In this document: piece by piece, positions 12,555 through 26,609 of the stretch
Layout of the letters: each line of letters begins with the position of its first letter
How positions within the stretch are numbered: position 1 is the first letter of the stretch
NCBI RefSeq assembly: GCF_006345805.1
Contig: NC_043001.1
Location: 46,500,001 to 46,564,000 of the forward strand
Reading direction: 5' to 3'
From: Octopus sinensis
Taxonomy: Eukaryota
DNA length: 64,000 nt
Position numbers and translations under genes: made by a program
Notes under the pieces: generated by a model
What the model saw: the letters and a program-made list of their open reading frames with translations, nothing else
Database searches by the model: none
Told to the model about the DNA's origin: nothing

Positions 12555-12900
12555 TGTAATAAAAGCGGAATCCTGTCTGTCTGTCTGAGACCTCTGTATC
12601 TCAGTATACCTTTGCTCTACGTAGATATATTATACCTTTTGGGAATCAGGATGATCCCGCGATTGAAAATATGTCTTTCATTTGGTTCTTGAACATCCTG
12701 CTTTGGTATCTGCTTTAAAAGCATTTATGTTGCTATTTCTAGCAGTTAAAGCTTGGGTGACTCACGCCATCTTGATTGGCGCATGTCAGATGACGTCAGA
12801 GATCAAGGGGTGAGATAAATGACATTTCTCTTCGTTAATTTTACGTCGAGATAAGAACTTTGGGACAAATTGGTGAGCAGTTGGAATTCAATTTGAAGTT
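12555..12900 (+). mobile_element. Possible Helitron-like 5' segment
   Basis: TA-rich start, ATAAAAG, then a (CTGT)n run as at the 5' end of 62509-62906; no 3' end found. Confidence 0.35.
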
Positions 12901-13174
12901 GGAAAAAAAGAATAATTGCATTACAGAATTAATTATCGTTAAATGTGTGAAACTGTAATGATGTTTGGGACGACAATTAACAAGGAAAGTGTATGTCTAT
13001 GTCCCGTGTGTGAATTTTCCGTTTGTCACTTTGTTGTTTCTGCTTAAGTTTTGAAACCTATATCACGTCGCACGATCACGTGACCGACCAGGCAAGCAGA
13101 TGTTGCTACACATCGCTGGCCACAATCCACAAAACGCTTTTGTATTGTTTTAGCCTTCAAATGACGTCACCTCG

Positions 13175-13420
<246 letters not shown>

Positions 13421-13887
13421 CACCTATACATGCATACATACATAGCAACTTCCACGCAGACATACATACATACAAGCCGTACGTTTGTATATGCCACTCA
13501 GGTAAATGAAAGGAAAGAGTACATAATGTGAGTAGTAGAGCTTCTTTATTTATTCATATCTTACCATTTACGCCGTCATTGATCCGTGTTTCACGTTTTT
13601 TGTGGGGAGGGGCCTCTCAAATCGTTTTCTCGTGTCTGTACCTGCGTAAGCGTATGTGTATGAGTACTTAAGAGCATATGTATATGTATGTACATATCTT
13701 TGTTTCTGTGATTGCATGTGTGTGTGTATGTGTTTGTATGATCGTACGTGCGTATGTATGTGTGTATAAATAGTTGAAGGGGAACAACAAAAACGGTTAA
13801 AGGGGTTGGAGATCTTTCTCTGTGACCGCTTCAGCGAACAGACCAATTCATTGCTTCTACTTTTCTTACTGACAATGATATTACAAC

Positions 13888-13968
<81 letters not shown>

Positions 13969-14184
13969 TGCGACACTGACTAGTGAGTGCCTCTTTAGTG
14001 AGATTTGTGGGAGTTTTCAAGTGTGGAAGCTTTTTATTCTGTACGCTTCCTATTACAATAGGGGGCGTTCTAGTAGCGGTGAGAGTCACAACTTCAATTG
14101 CCTTTTATTACCATCAAACACACTTACTCAGCCGTTAAACTGTGACTATTAACCATTCTTCACAACAAACAGCATAACTAGACG

Positions 14185-14222
<38 letters not shown>

Positions 14223-14373
14223 CCTCTTTCTTTTCTTTCCTTTCCTGAGCGTCCAATAGCACAGTACTTGTACCACGTCCTCGCGTTATTTTTTCTTGCA
14301 TGTTCTTGTTTGGATTGATATATATATATATATATATAATATATATATATATAGGTGTGTGTGTGTGTGTATG

Positions 14374-14434
<61 letters not shown>

Positions 14435-14842
14435 GTATACACACACTTACACCTTTCTTACATACACACACATATTGATATTCACTTCTCGTATATATGC
14501 ACGTAGACAGGTAGTCACACCCCCATACGTATATGCGTAGACATATATACATACCCTTAACAATATACTCATATCAAAACAAACAACTGTCGGCAAATAT
14601 ATACGCCCATATATATTTATATATATGTATGTGTGCTTCTGTGTTTCTATGTATGGATCTATGTACACACACACACATACACATGGAGTTGTGTACAATC
14701 ATATTTAACACATTCGTGTCCACTCGGACGTAGGAAGAGACTTTTTGCTGTGGAAGTAACTTCGGAAGAACATTTTCTTATAGACATTATGTATGAAAAC
14801 ACACGTTATTGGACTATGAATGACGTCATCAGGCCGTGGGAT

Positions 14843-14876
14843 GCATGCGTTTCTGCATCATTGCACTTCATCAGTC
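14843..14876 (-). ncRNA. Eroded hammerhead-like motif
   Basis: Minus strand gaCUGAUGAAGUGCAaugaUGCAGAAACgc; homologous to 15031-15062. Confidence 0.45.
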
Positions 14877-15021
14877 TTTGAAGAACACATACTTCATTTT
14901 ACGTTGATTCGTTCGCCACCATTGATGAAGCTTTGTGCACATTAGCAAATGTACTATTTGCTGTTTTTATATCTAAGAACAACCATTCTTAGATATGATT
15001 GTATCTAAGAACGATTGATTT

Positions 15022-15066
15022 GGTGTCCTCGACTGATGAAGCATAATGATGCCGAAACACATACCT
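15022..15066 (+). ncRNA. Eroded hammerhead-like motif
   Basis: CUGAUGAA-GCAU-aaug-AUGC-C-GAAAC; helix I cannot be formed cleanly. Confidence 0.5.
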
Positions 15067-15254
15067 TTTATGGCCCGATAACGTGTTTAAGAGTCCAGTG
15101 AGGTGTTTTCATATATCTTGTTTATGAGAAGTTTCTTCAGTGTCTATTTCCGAAGTGAACAGTTTTCCCATGTCAGAAAGTCTACGAACATATCAGATAT
15201 GATTGTGCACACCTATACTTCACTCAACGTTGTTTCATGCACCTCTACTTTTGT

Positions 15255-15477
15255 ATGCATGCATGTATGTATGTATGTATGTATGTATGTATGTATGTAT
15301 GTATGTATGTATGTATGTATGTATGTATGTATGCATGCATGTATGCATGTATGTATGTATGTATGTATGTATGTATGCATGTATGCATGTATGTATGCAT
15401 GCATGCATGTATGTATGTATGTATGTATGTATGTATGTATGTATGTATGTATGTATGTATGTATGTATGTATGTATG
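15255..15477. repeat. (ATGT)n microsatellite
   Basis: Direct reading. Confidence 0.98.
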
Positions 15478-15708
15478 ATTAATTCAGATAACCACAGGTG
15501 ATTGATTGATTGATTGACATATGAAAAACACCCTTTATGAATTAAAAACTCTTAACGGAAAAGGAACTTCTCTCATCGTAGTTTTGGTGCCTTTAAAGTT
15601 CGAAAACTAGTTTTATGAACTGCACTTTTCTCTGTGTCCTGGATATTAAATATCATTGAGGGGATAAGCATTACAAAGAGAAAAACCCATGTACATATAT
15701 ACATTCGA

Positions 15709-17195
15709 GTGCAGGACAAAAGTTCCACAGACAAAAGACCCTCGGACAAAAGCCCCATAGTTAAAGTGTGAAAGTGGATAGAGGCCCCAAGGTTATATTT
15801 TTCAATTACTTTTTCATTTTTTTCACCTCTTACTTGTTATACTTATTAGACTGCGGCCATGCTGAGGAACAACCTTGAAGAATTTTTAGTCGAATGTAAC
15901 GATCCCAGAACTTTTTTTAATGATTTTCAACCAGCGCATGAAGTTAAGCCTAGAAGGTATCTCCACATTCTAGAAATAACAGCCAAATCTCTTGAAATAT
16001 TTTTATAACGCCCTCATTTTTTAATCTCCTAAAAATCTTTTTACTTGTTTCAGTCATTGGACTGTGGCCATGCTGGGGCACTAGCTTGAAGTAATAAGTT
16101 GACCTTTTGAATTTTCTCCGGCCTTTGAAGGTCTAACAGACTTTGAAGGTCAAACATACTTCTTATCGTTTGCCTAAATAGGGAGATGGGTGTTTCTCCA
16201 TAAAAATGACAAATGCTGTTTTTTTGTGAAGAAAAAAATATGTGTAATATTTACTTTCATTTTGTGTGTGTATATATAGTCATTCAAACGTACTTATCGT
16301 TTTTATGTTTCAACACATTTCTGGAAGTAAATGCTTTCCCTTCTGTTAGAATTCAGACAATATGTATATTGAATAGTAAGGAGTCTTGTGTTTGGTCATT
16401 CTGTTATTGATGTTAAGGTTGATTTATTTTCATTTTCAAACTTCAAAATTATTCTAAAAAGGAGGAAAATAATTGAACACACGGAACATACCATTGTGAG
16501 GGATATAGATGTTTTAACATCATTTTCCGCTCGAATATATTTTGTTTATTTAAAAAATGAAATTTTTAAAAAAATTTTTCCGTTTTTGTTTACGTGAAAT
16601 TATTTAAAAAATTGTAAGATGTAGATGTTATTTCTAACATGTGGAGAGACTTTCTAGGCTTAACGATGTGCTGATCGAATATCACCTACAGCATCACCTA
16701 AAAAATATAACCGGGTGAGGGGTATTTAAAAATGTGTAAGATTTGGCTGTTATTTCCAGCATGTTGAGAAACCTTCTAGGCGTAACTTCATGCGCTGGTT
16801 GAATATTATTTATGAGGTCGATACAATCGACTAAAAATTCCCGAAGGTGGTGCCCCAGCATGGCTGCAGTCTAATGACTGAAGCAAGTAAAAAGAAAAGC
16901 AAAAATGAATTATATCACAGAAGTGGTCTGATCAAGCTTTAACAAATATTCTGGGTTCCATACAACCATCTAAAAATTCTTCAAGATGGTGCCCCTGCAT
17001 GGCCGGCCGCAGTCTAATAACTGCAACAAGTAAAAAAAGTTCTGGGGTCGATACCCCAGAACTTTTTTCAACTTAAAATTCTAAAAACGAAAGAATAACG
17101 GAAAAATATAACCATGGGGCTTGTGTCCTAAGGGGTTTTTCCCTGGGGGCTTTTGGTCGAGGGGCTTTTGTCTTAGAGGGCTTTTGTCCGGACCC
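15709..17195. mobile_element. ~1.5-kb non-autonomous foldback-type DNA element with long modular inverted arms
   Basis: Terminal GGACAAAAGCCCC-type subrepeats at 15713-15760 are inverted relative to 17116-17192; inner blocks 15920-16010 and 16727-16806 are also reverse complements. Confidence 0.7.
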
Positions 17196-17700
17196 CCATA
17201 CATACACAATAGACTTGACATGGGGATTTGGGATAGAGAAGAGAGACTCTGTACAGTTGTGGAAATTAGCTGCCCAGCGGATGTTAACATAAAGCTAATG
17301 ATCAGAGAAATAGAAAATACCTACGCTGAACTATTGAGGAATCCACAGCTACTCTATCCAGATTACAAGTTGAAGTTGATACCTGTAATTATTGGGGCAC
17401 GAAGTATGTAACACACTGCTTAAATACTTATCTTGAGAAATTAGGCTTCTCAAAACCAGAAAGGAGGAAGCTGATTCAAAGACTACAGATCTAAGCCAAC
17501 ACTGAAACTGTTAAAATCTGTAAAACTTTCCCAAAATTTATCATTTAAGTATAAATGAGCATGTCTAGACATACAACTATATGCATGAGAAGACATACAT
17601 AAAACAAAACATACAAATCTGCACATATACATACATACAAAAATACCCTGTTGATGTTGAAATTCGAAAAGGATGAGCCTTGGATCTAGGTTAGAAACCA
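17196..17700 (+). mobile_element. 3' end of a second REL-endonuclease non-LTR family (NeSL/R4-group like)
   Basis: HNRLDMGIWDREERLCTVVEISCPADVNI..YAELLRN.QLLYPDYK..IPVIIGA; 3' UTR runs into (CT)n at 17701-17885. Confidence 0.85.
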
Positions 17701-17707
17701 TCTCTCC

Positions 17708-17868
<161 letters not shown>

Positions 17869-18621
17869 TTTCTCTCTCTCTCTCTATTGGAAAGAAATCT
17901 TGAAATTAAACTAAGTAATGACATGCATATATACATATCCATATCCATACATACTGATTCACTTACGCACAAACTCACTCCTATACGACATACACAGTTT
18001 TTTTTACTCATAAATTTAGTCGCACATCCACATTCATACACATACACACACACACACACACAACACAATCGCAACCATACACACAGTCACAGATATATAA
18101 AATGGTATTATTCATACATATAGTATCTAAGATTACAATTTTTAATATATCCTTCCAGTTTTAAGGGAGTGCAATGTGATTATATCGCTGCATGGCTGGG
18201 TTGTTAAAAGATTCCTTTTCCCAATAACAAGATGCTGTGTTCTATTCTACAGAGCAGCAGCTCCTTGGCAAGTGTCTACTACCGTAAACCTCGGATTGAA
18301 CCCAAGTTATTGTCAGTGAAATTTGGATAGACGAAATTCTGTGCAAGGTCATTGGAAGGCCAGAATAACTGTACCTGTAATTTAGATGACCTCCTGTATC
18401 ACACGCTGGTTTTGCCTTGTGATTACATTACGTGTGCACGTGCCTATGACATACTCAATCACATACGCTATATAATACAATGAATTTGACACACGATCCA
18501 TTTATTTACGGTATAATTCGAGGGAGATTTACTAGCCGGGCGGCCATTCTGAGGCTGTTGGTGTTGACGTTGCTGTGTTTGTAGTAGTGTATGGCGTTGG
18601 TGGTGTTGTAGACGCGTGTGC

Positions 18622-18652
<31 letters not shown>

Positions 18653-18994
18653 GGTTGTGTGGTGTTAGTGGCGTGTGTTGTTTGTGTTGGTGTTGTGTGG
18701 TGTGTGGCTCGCTCGTTATCTTCTGTTGTGGTAATACAGTCTGGTGATATTTAATAGCAACGTTGTTAGTGGAAGTGCAGTGTATAGTGGGTAATAGGAA
18801 TATTATTGGTGGTGTTGTAAATGACAGTGTATGGTAAATTATAGAGGTGTTAGTTGTGAAGTAGCGTAGATAATAGTTAACAGGAAATACAATAGGATTA
18901 AACAGTGGTAATGAAAGTGAAAGTAGAAACTGTAGAGCTCGGGTAGTAGCTTAGCATTGTCTGTTAATTGATTATCTTATTATTAACCAGGCTA

Positions 18995-19915
18995 AAGCAG
19001 CGAGTTGGCAGATTTGTTAGCACGGTGGATAAAATGTCTCGCGGTATTTCATCCGTCTTTACGTTCTGAGTTCAAATACTGCCGGGGTTAACTTTGATTT
19101 TCATCCTTTCAGGGTTGATAAAATAAGTGCCACTTAAGTACTGGAATCGATCTAATTGACTTAGCTCCTTCCCCGAAATTGTTGACCTTGTGCCAAAAAT
19201 TGAAATCATTATTAACCTGACTAAGGCAGTGAGCTGGCAGAATCGTTAGCACACCGGACTAAATGTTTATCGGCATTTCGTACCTTTTTTATGTTTTGTT
19301 GTTTTGTGTTCAAATTCCGCCCAGCTCGACTTTGTCTTTAATCATTTTGGAGTCGATGAAATACATATCAGTTGAGGACTGGGATCGATGTAATCGACTG
19401 GGTCAATCCCTCAATATTTCATGCCTTGTAAGGCGGCAAGCTAGCAGAAACGTTAACACACCGGGCGAAATGCGTAGCCGTATTTCGTCTGCCGTTACGT
19501 TCTGAGTTCAAATTCCGCCGAGGTCGACTTTGCCTTTCATCCTTTCGGGGTCGATAAATTAAATACCAGTTGCATACTGGAGTAGATCTAATCGAGTGGC
19601 CTCCTGCTCCCAAATTTCAGGCCTTGTGCCCAGAGTAGAAAAAAATATTTTATGCATTGTGTCTACTGCATAACGAATTATTAGCCGAGCAAAGGAACGG
19701 CGAGCTGGTAGAATCGTTAGAACACCGGACAAAATGCTTAGCAACATTTCTTCCAGCTTTACGTTCTGGCGTTCTGAGTTCAAGTGTCGTCCAGGTTGAC
19801 TTTGTCTTTCATCCATTCGTGGTCGATCAAATAAATACCAGTTCAGCACTAGAGTCGAATATAATTGATTAACTCCCTCCCTATAAAATTCCAAGCATTG
19901 TGCCTATGATAGAAA
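18995..19915 (+). mobile_element. Four head-to-tail SINE family A copies
   Basis: Repeated GAGCTGGCAGAA..GTTAGCAC..GAGTTCAAAT heads near 18999, 19230, 19433 and 19699. Confidence 0.85.
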
Positions 19916-20584
19916 GAATTATTAGCCAGGCTGTTGCAAGGGTATGATGGTTGTAGTGGGGATGGTAGTAGTAATGATGTAATGATGGTGCTAGTTCAAG
20001 CTATAGTGTTTAAGCTGATGTTGGTAGTTGTATTGGTGCTTGTGCTGATAGTACTGATGGTAGTAGCAGGTATGGTTGTGATAATGTTGGTACTGACGGC
20101 AGCAGTATCGACGAGAATGTTGTTGGCGGTATTGGTGTTGGTAGTGATGATGGTGATAGTTGCAGAAACGGTACGAGTCTTAATGGTAGTGGCAATGATG
20201 GTGGTGGCGGTAGGGATGGATATGTTTAGTACCATGTCAAGTCCAGTCGGACAAACGCAAAAGCATGAATCAAAGACATTCCAAACTTGGCCATCTTGTG
20301 CTTTAGTATGTCTCCATAATCGAAATTATCCTGTGACGATTGTGAATCATTTGAGCGCATCTGGCTGCTTTACCGAGCGGGTCCAACAACTGTGAAAGTG
20401 TCCCCTCGTTCGTAAAATTAATTCAGTTTACAAAAAGGACGGGATGGTCACAGCTGGAACGACCTTGACACAAGTCAGAGAAAAATGGTGACTTGAAGTT
20501 GAAGAAGAACGTCATATACATGCATACATACATACATACATACATACATACATACATACATACATACATACATACATACATACA

Positions 20585-20609
<25 letters not shown>

Positions 20610-20615
<6 letters not shown>

Positions 20616-20849
20616 GTAAATATATATATATATACACACACACACACATATATATATGTGTGTGTGTGTATGTGTGTGTAAGTACGTGCATGTGAGGTGT
20701 CTGTGTGCATATACATACATGTATATGCATATATGTACGCATGTATATATTTATACACATACATACACACATACATGCATTTATGTATGTGTATGTATTT
20801 ATGTATGTATGTATGTATGTATGTATGTATGTATGTATGTATGTGTGTT

Positions 20850-20932
<83 letters not shown>

Positions 20933-21120
20933 TATATATATGTGTGTGTGTGTATGTGTGTGTGTAAGTACGTGCATGTGAGGTGTCTGTGTGCATATAC
21001 ATACATGTATATGCATATATGTACGCATGTATATATTTATACACATACATACACACATACATGCATTTATGTATGTGTATGTATTTATGTATGTATGTAT
21101 GTGTATATATATATATATAA
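20610..21120. repeat. Tandem duplication, period ~286 bp, of a complex microsatellite block
   Basis: AAGTACGTGCATGTGAGGTGTCTGTG at 20680 and 20966. Confidence 0.9.
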
Positions 21121-21273
21121 CATCAGAAATATTTCTGTGTGAATATGTGCATATATGTATTCATATAATGTATATGTAAGGAATGGAAGGAAATGAAATA
21201 AAGAAGCAAAAACAAAAAAGAAGAAAGAAAGAAAAATACAATAAAAATTAAATTTACCATTTTTCAATTCCAG

Positions 21274-21410
21274 TTGAAAGCATATATAAGATATCTTCCA
21301 GGCATGTTACGACATTTTCAGTGATCTTAGATGGAAACTGGTCGGCAGAGATAACCAATATTTTATTGTTTATCTCTGCTGATATGCTGATTCTAAGAAT
21401 AATCGCATTG
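21274..21410 (+). CDS. Candidate internal exon (phase 1 to 0), unknown product
   Basis: Acceptor tttttcaattccag, donor TTG|gtaaat; open peptide ESIYKISSRHVTTFSVILDGNWSAEITNILLFISADMLILRIIAL. Confidence 0.35.
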
Positions 21411-21479
21411 GTAAATATACTATCTACCATCACTAACTAGATATAGACACGTCAACACTTCATATAGACACACACACAT

Positions 21480-21511
<32 letters not shown>

Positions 21512-21632
21512 CGTAGACACACACACAACGTAGACACACACATACACCCACACACACACAACGTAGACACACACACACACACACGCACACACACATACAC
21601 ACACACACTCATACATACACGCACATACCTAC

Positions 21633-21980
21633 GCCTGCATGGCTGTGTCGTTAAGAAGCTCGTTTTAGCAACAACGTGGTTCCGGGTTCAGTCTTATTTC
21701 TTAGTCCGTCAGTTAAGTGCCTTCTACTATGGCCCCGGGCAGACCTAAGCTTTGTGAGTTATTTTAGTCGGTATTTGTTATGTACGTGCCTCAACGTGCC
21801 TTTCTGTCTGTGTTTGTCCCCCTTGATAACCGGTGCTGGTTTGTTTACATTCCCACTAAGTGATTTCGACAAAAGAGACTGCTAGAATAAAAATCGGATT
21901 TAAATATAAGTACTGTAGGCGATTTTTTAACTGATACCCTTGAAAATAGCATGGTCTTAGTTCAATGACTGAAGCAAGTA
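21633..21980 (+). mobile_element. SINE family B
   Basis: Head GGGTTCAGTC through tail CAATGACTGAAGCAAG. Confidence 0.8.
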
Positions 21981-22259
21981 TATATATATATATATATATA
22001 TATTCCCCCCCTTCTACGTTTCTCTATCTCTCTCACCTCCAGCCCCCTCGATCTGTCTCTTTCTTCTCCTCCCTCGTCCACCTTCTCTCTCTTTTCATCT
22101 GTCCCTTTCTCCTGTCTTTTGTTCTCACGTGACCGCTAGCCACTGTTGAGCGCTCTTTTCGTTCCAGCAGTCGCCGAAGCAACACGTATTTGTTCGTCTC
22201 CCTGCGGCCATTAGGCACAACTTCATAAGCCAGCCCCAAACTCAACTCGTCCTGTCGAA

Positions 22260-22620
22260 AGACCCTTGTCCTACGTCCTGGTTTTGGTTCTGTTTTTTAT
22301 TTTTACCGTTATTGTTTTTACGTTTTTGTATTCTTATTGGTGTCACGTATTCTGTATTTTTGTTCGTGTACTTCGTTCGTTTTCCGTCCTCGTGTTGTAT
22401 ACATTCGAAGCTTTCTTCCATGCGATCTAATGCGCTTGGCTAGATTTCCCATGGCGGGCTGCCCATATCGGAGCAATCTCAAGATTAATCAGCCGAAATT
22501 GCTAAGATGATCTGGTTCTTGACTGATGACTGAGGGCTTCGAATGTCCCGTCCTGTGGTTCTTGTGTCGTCTCTGTGGTGTTTCATGTTCTTATCCATGT
22601 CTGTAATTATTTTTACTGTT
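22260..22620 (+). mobile_element. Diverged copy of the repeat that forms the 48901-49850 inverted pair
   Basis: Shares GGAGCAATCTC..CAGCCGAAATTGC..ATCTGG..CTTCGAATG with 49735-49815. Confidence 0.65.
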
Positions 22621-22622
22621 TA

Positions 22623-22664
<42 letters not shown>

Positions 22665-22680
22665 AATATATATATATATA

Positions 22681-22830
22681 GGGAGAATTCACGAAAAAAA
22701 GACGAAGACCGGTGGTGTAGACAACAAACGGACGTATTAGTTTAACGCTCGGGAAGTGAAAAAGTCTTTAATGTTTCGAGCTTACGCTCTTCCACAGAAA
22801 GGAACACAGAAAGAAACAAGGAGAGAAAAT
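22681..22830. mobile_element. Dispersed ~170-bp repeat, copy 2 of 4
   Basis: GGGAGAATTCACGAAAAAAA..TTTCGAGCTTACGCTCTTCCACAG after (TA)n. Confidence 0.75.
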
Positions 22831-23922
22831 ATATCCATATGTATTTGTTCGACTAAACCCTTGTAGGTGGTACTCCAGCATGGTCGCAGTAGAATGACTG
22901 AAACAAGTTAAAATAGAATATATTGAATAATTGCAGTGTGGTAGAGTCATCATCGAATACATAATACACAAATTCACTATATTAACATTTGTTTTTCGTT
23001 TATGATAGTTTTATATAATATTTAGCTGTGAAAAAATTATTTTGACCTGGTCACAATTATTAAGTAAACTTCTTAGGTTTAGTAGTTTCGGAGATAATCG
23101 GGTGGTCACTGAAGTAGCAAGTAAGCAAGCAAGCAAACAAACAAACTGGGTAAAATATAGAGGTGTACTTAATTTATTACTGGTTGGATAAGTAAGATAA
23201 GTTAGCATATGATAGTAATGGAGAGCAGAAAAACTTTACGCGAATGTATATACCGGAAGCTATGTCGAATTACAAATCATTCAGACATATATTTTACTTT
23301 CAACTAATTGGTTGAGATTAGACATCAAAAGATTTCGAAAAACATTTTTCTATTTTGAATTATTCATTTATTTATTTATTTTTTTATTTTTTTATTTTTT
23401 TATATCTGTTTATTCGTAGCTAACTCCTTGAAAATGGAGTTATTTTGTTAAGCAATGTTAGTTTCGTTAGAAATTAATCATCGTCAAGACCACCACCGCC
23501 GCCGCCGCCGCCACCACCACCACCACCACCACCACCGCCATCGTCGTTGTTACAATTCCTGTTGCTTAGCCCGAAGTTAGCCCTGATATATTAAGGTAGA
23601 CCTCTGATCAAAAGCGTTCCATGCCGGTTTTTCGCACATCCTAAATTACATTATACAAGTTATCCTTCTTTTTTTTAAAACATATGGAAGATTTGGCTGC
23701 TTCTCCGGGCAAGCTAAATTGACCATTTACAGATTTAACTGGTTCGTTGTTGCCATTGGTTGGCAGGATAGCGAAAGAGTTGGACAAAATGTCTTGTGGT
23801 ATTTCTTTAAGTCCTAAGTTCAAATCTTGCCGTGATAATCTTTGTCTTTCATCCCTCCTCCCGAAAATCTGATGCCTTATGCCTTTATTAGAAATGATTA
23901 TTATTACCATCGTCATTGCCAC

Positions 23923-23967
<45 letters not shown>

Positions 23968-23974
23968 CATTATT

Positions 23975-24013
<39 letters not shown>

Positions 24014-24399
24014 ACTATATATATATATATATAAGAGAGAGATTCTGTCTGTCTGTTTCTCCAACAAATTGAAACTAAAACCAGACACTATCTCTCTATG
24101 ATTTTCTTTCTATGTCTCCTCTATTCTCTCTCCCCCTCTATATTCTCTGTCTGTCTCTCTGCCATGTTACATCACAAGATTCTGTCTCTTTGTTTGTCCT
24201 CAAAGTGAAACTAAAACCAGATACCATCTCTGAATTTCTTTATCTGTTTATTTTCCCTCTCCTTCTCGCTCTTTCTTTCTCTCTCTCTCTTCCTTTCTCC
24301 CTCTCCTTTTCTCCTCCTTCTTTCTCTCTTTATCTCTCTTTCTTTCTTTCTCTCTCTCTTTCTCTCACTAAAAGAACATACACACACACACATCAAACA

Positions 24400-26505
24400 T
24401 TACAGTCCTTTGTCAAAATACCGAAGCAAGAATAAAATCTCAGTTCTGCATGGATTGATTATAAAAAGGCATTCGACAGCATACCGTATTCATGATCTGG
24501 GCATCTTTGAAATTTCTCCTGTGATTTCAAACTTCCTGAAACACAACAAATCAATGTCGAATACGAATCTCCAGTTATATCACTCTAATGGAGTAGTGAC
24601 CACAAAAGATATTAATATTAACTGCGGTATTTTGCAAGGTGACTCACACCTTTAATTTACTACATAGCCCTAATACCCCTTACAAGTGAACCTAACAGAA
24701 TAGGGTATGGATATAAAGTTGGCAACAAGAAAATAAGTCGTCTATTTTATATGGATGACTTAAAACCCTGTGGCAAAAACGTTAATGAGCTTGAAGGACT
24801 ACTGCGTACTTTGAAAGTATTCAGTGATGACATCGGGATGGAATTTGGTCTTGATAAGTGTGCCATAGCCACTTTCCAGAGAGGGAAATTGAAAACCTCA
24901 CATACACTGGTGGTGGGTGTTGACACAATCATAAAAGAACTCGAGCAGGAACAAACCTACAAATACCTCGGAATAAATGAGGGCTCTGGCATTCAGCGTG
25001 CAAGCATGAAAGAGAAGATCAGGAAGGAGTGTTACAGGAGAGATCGAGCAGTCCTAAAATCCGAGTTAAATGCACGTAACAACGTGTTAGCTATAAATTC
25101 CTAAGCAGTTCTGGTTGTTATTTATAGTTTCAATGTGTTGAGCCGGAATATGAGCGAAATAGGGAAGATTGACAGGAAAATCCGTAAACTACTGACTTGC
25201 AATAAGGTGCACCACCAAAAGGCAGATAGTGATCGTCTTTACCTACTCAGAGCTCAAAGAGGTCGAGGCTTGATCCAATTTGAAATCTACAAAACCACCA
25301 CAGTTGGACTGGCAAAATATCATGAAACATCTAACGACTGGATGTTAAAGCTCATTGAAAGCCATGAAAGACGTAAGAAGCTTCACTCTGTTATGAAGGA
25401 GAGAAAAAATTTCAAGTGAGTTTATGCATCATAACCAGGTTGAAGAGCATGGTGGAAGTGCAGCAACTGTAATTGCAAAGAAGGTTAAATCAATAGCAAA
25501 GCAAAATGCGTTTGAACAATTGGCTGATAGGTGGGAACAAAAACCTCTGCATGGCAAATATGTGGTCCATAGGAAACAAACTGATGTAGACCAGAAGCAC
25601 ACCCATCAGTAGTTACGGAGCTCAGGGCTAAAAGGCAGTGAGTGAAGGTTTTATCTTGGCTGTCCAAGATCAGAGCTTATTGAACCAGAACTATCGAACC
25701 AATGTGATGAAAAATAGTATAGACCCAAATAGAGTACAAATCAAGACAGGACACAGTTGGCCAATATCTACATTAGATAATGTGCCGGCTTTATAAAATC
25801 AAAACTGCTGACAGATAGTGCAAACACTACCCTGAGGTTGTAACTGAGTGAGAAAATGTAACTATTCTTTGGGACTTTTCAGTATATAGAGACCGAACTA
25901 TCTACAGGTGCTACAACCTTACATCCAGAGATTAGGCGGTCCACTATTTCTATCCCAACGCTGCAGTATCGGCACATTGGGTTGTGAAAGTCCAAAACAA
26001 CAAAGTCTGTTTATTGATTGACATGAGCATGCCCTGTGGCTATAATATCTCGGCAAAAGAATTTGATAAGCTCGAAAAATATAAGATTTGCTAATCGAAA
26101 TCGAAAAGATGTGGCATCTCAAGATGATTACAATACCAGTGATTGTAGGAACACTTGGAATGATAAAAAAAAGGAACTGAAAACTATTTAAGAATGATTC
26201 TTGGCTTACCATCCATGCAGGAAGTGCAAAATATTGTCTTAACTGGTACGTCACACGTATTGAAAAGAGCATTGTCACTATGAATTTTCTTTCCTTTTTG
26301 CCCTTTATTTTATTCGTTTACTTGTTTATTTGTTTATTTTTCCCTTTTTCTTTCGGTCTTCCACTTTTTCTCTATCACATAAATTTGTAAATGTACAATC
26401 TGATGTGTTTATTTTAATGGCCTACCAATGTATACAATACTTTTCTCTGTCCTAGGTATCAGGAAAACACCCGGCAAGAAATGGAAACGGAATTGAAAGA
26501 TGTTA
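24400..26505 (+). mobile_element. Degenerate, internally deleted R4/Dong-like element
   Basis: WIDYKKAFDSIP, GILQGDS, FYMDDLK, FGLDKC, YKYLGI, PLHGKY, LIDMS, IPVIVGTLGMI; many stops; ends in (TAA)n from ~26505. Confidence 0.9.
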
Positions 26506-26609
26506 ATAATAATAATAATAATAATAATGATAATAATAATAATAATAATAACAACAATAATAATAATAGGCTGGCAACTAAAGATATAGAAAGTGTTCCT
26601 AGAAGTTAA

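Noticed and set aside
19934-20395. 153-aa V/M-rich ORF
   Set aside because: Degenerate GGT/GAT/TGG low-complexity repeat running into a SINE fragment
22440-22550. GGCTG..CAGCC-GAAA stem and a nearby CTGATGA in the 22260/49440 family
   Set aside because: The core motif and the stem are not in hammerhead order; no valid fold
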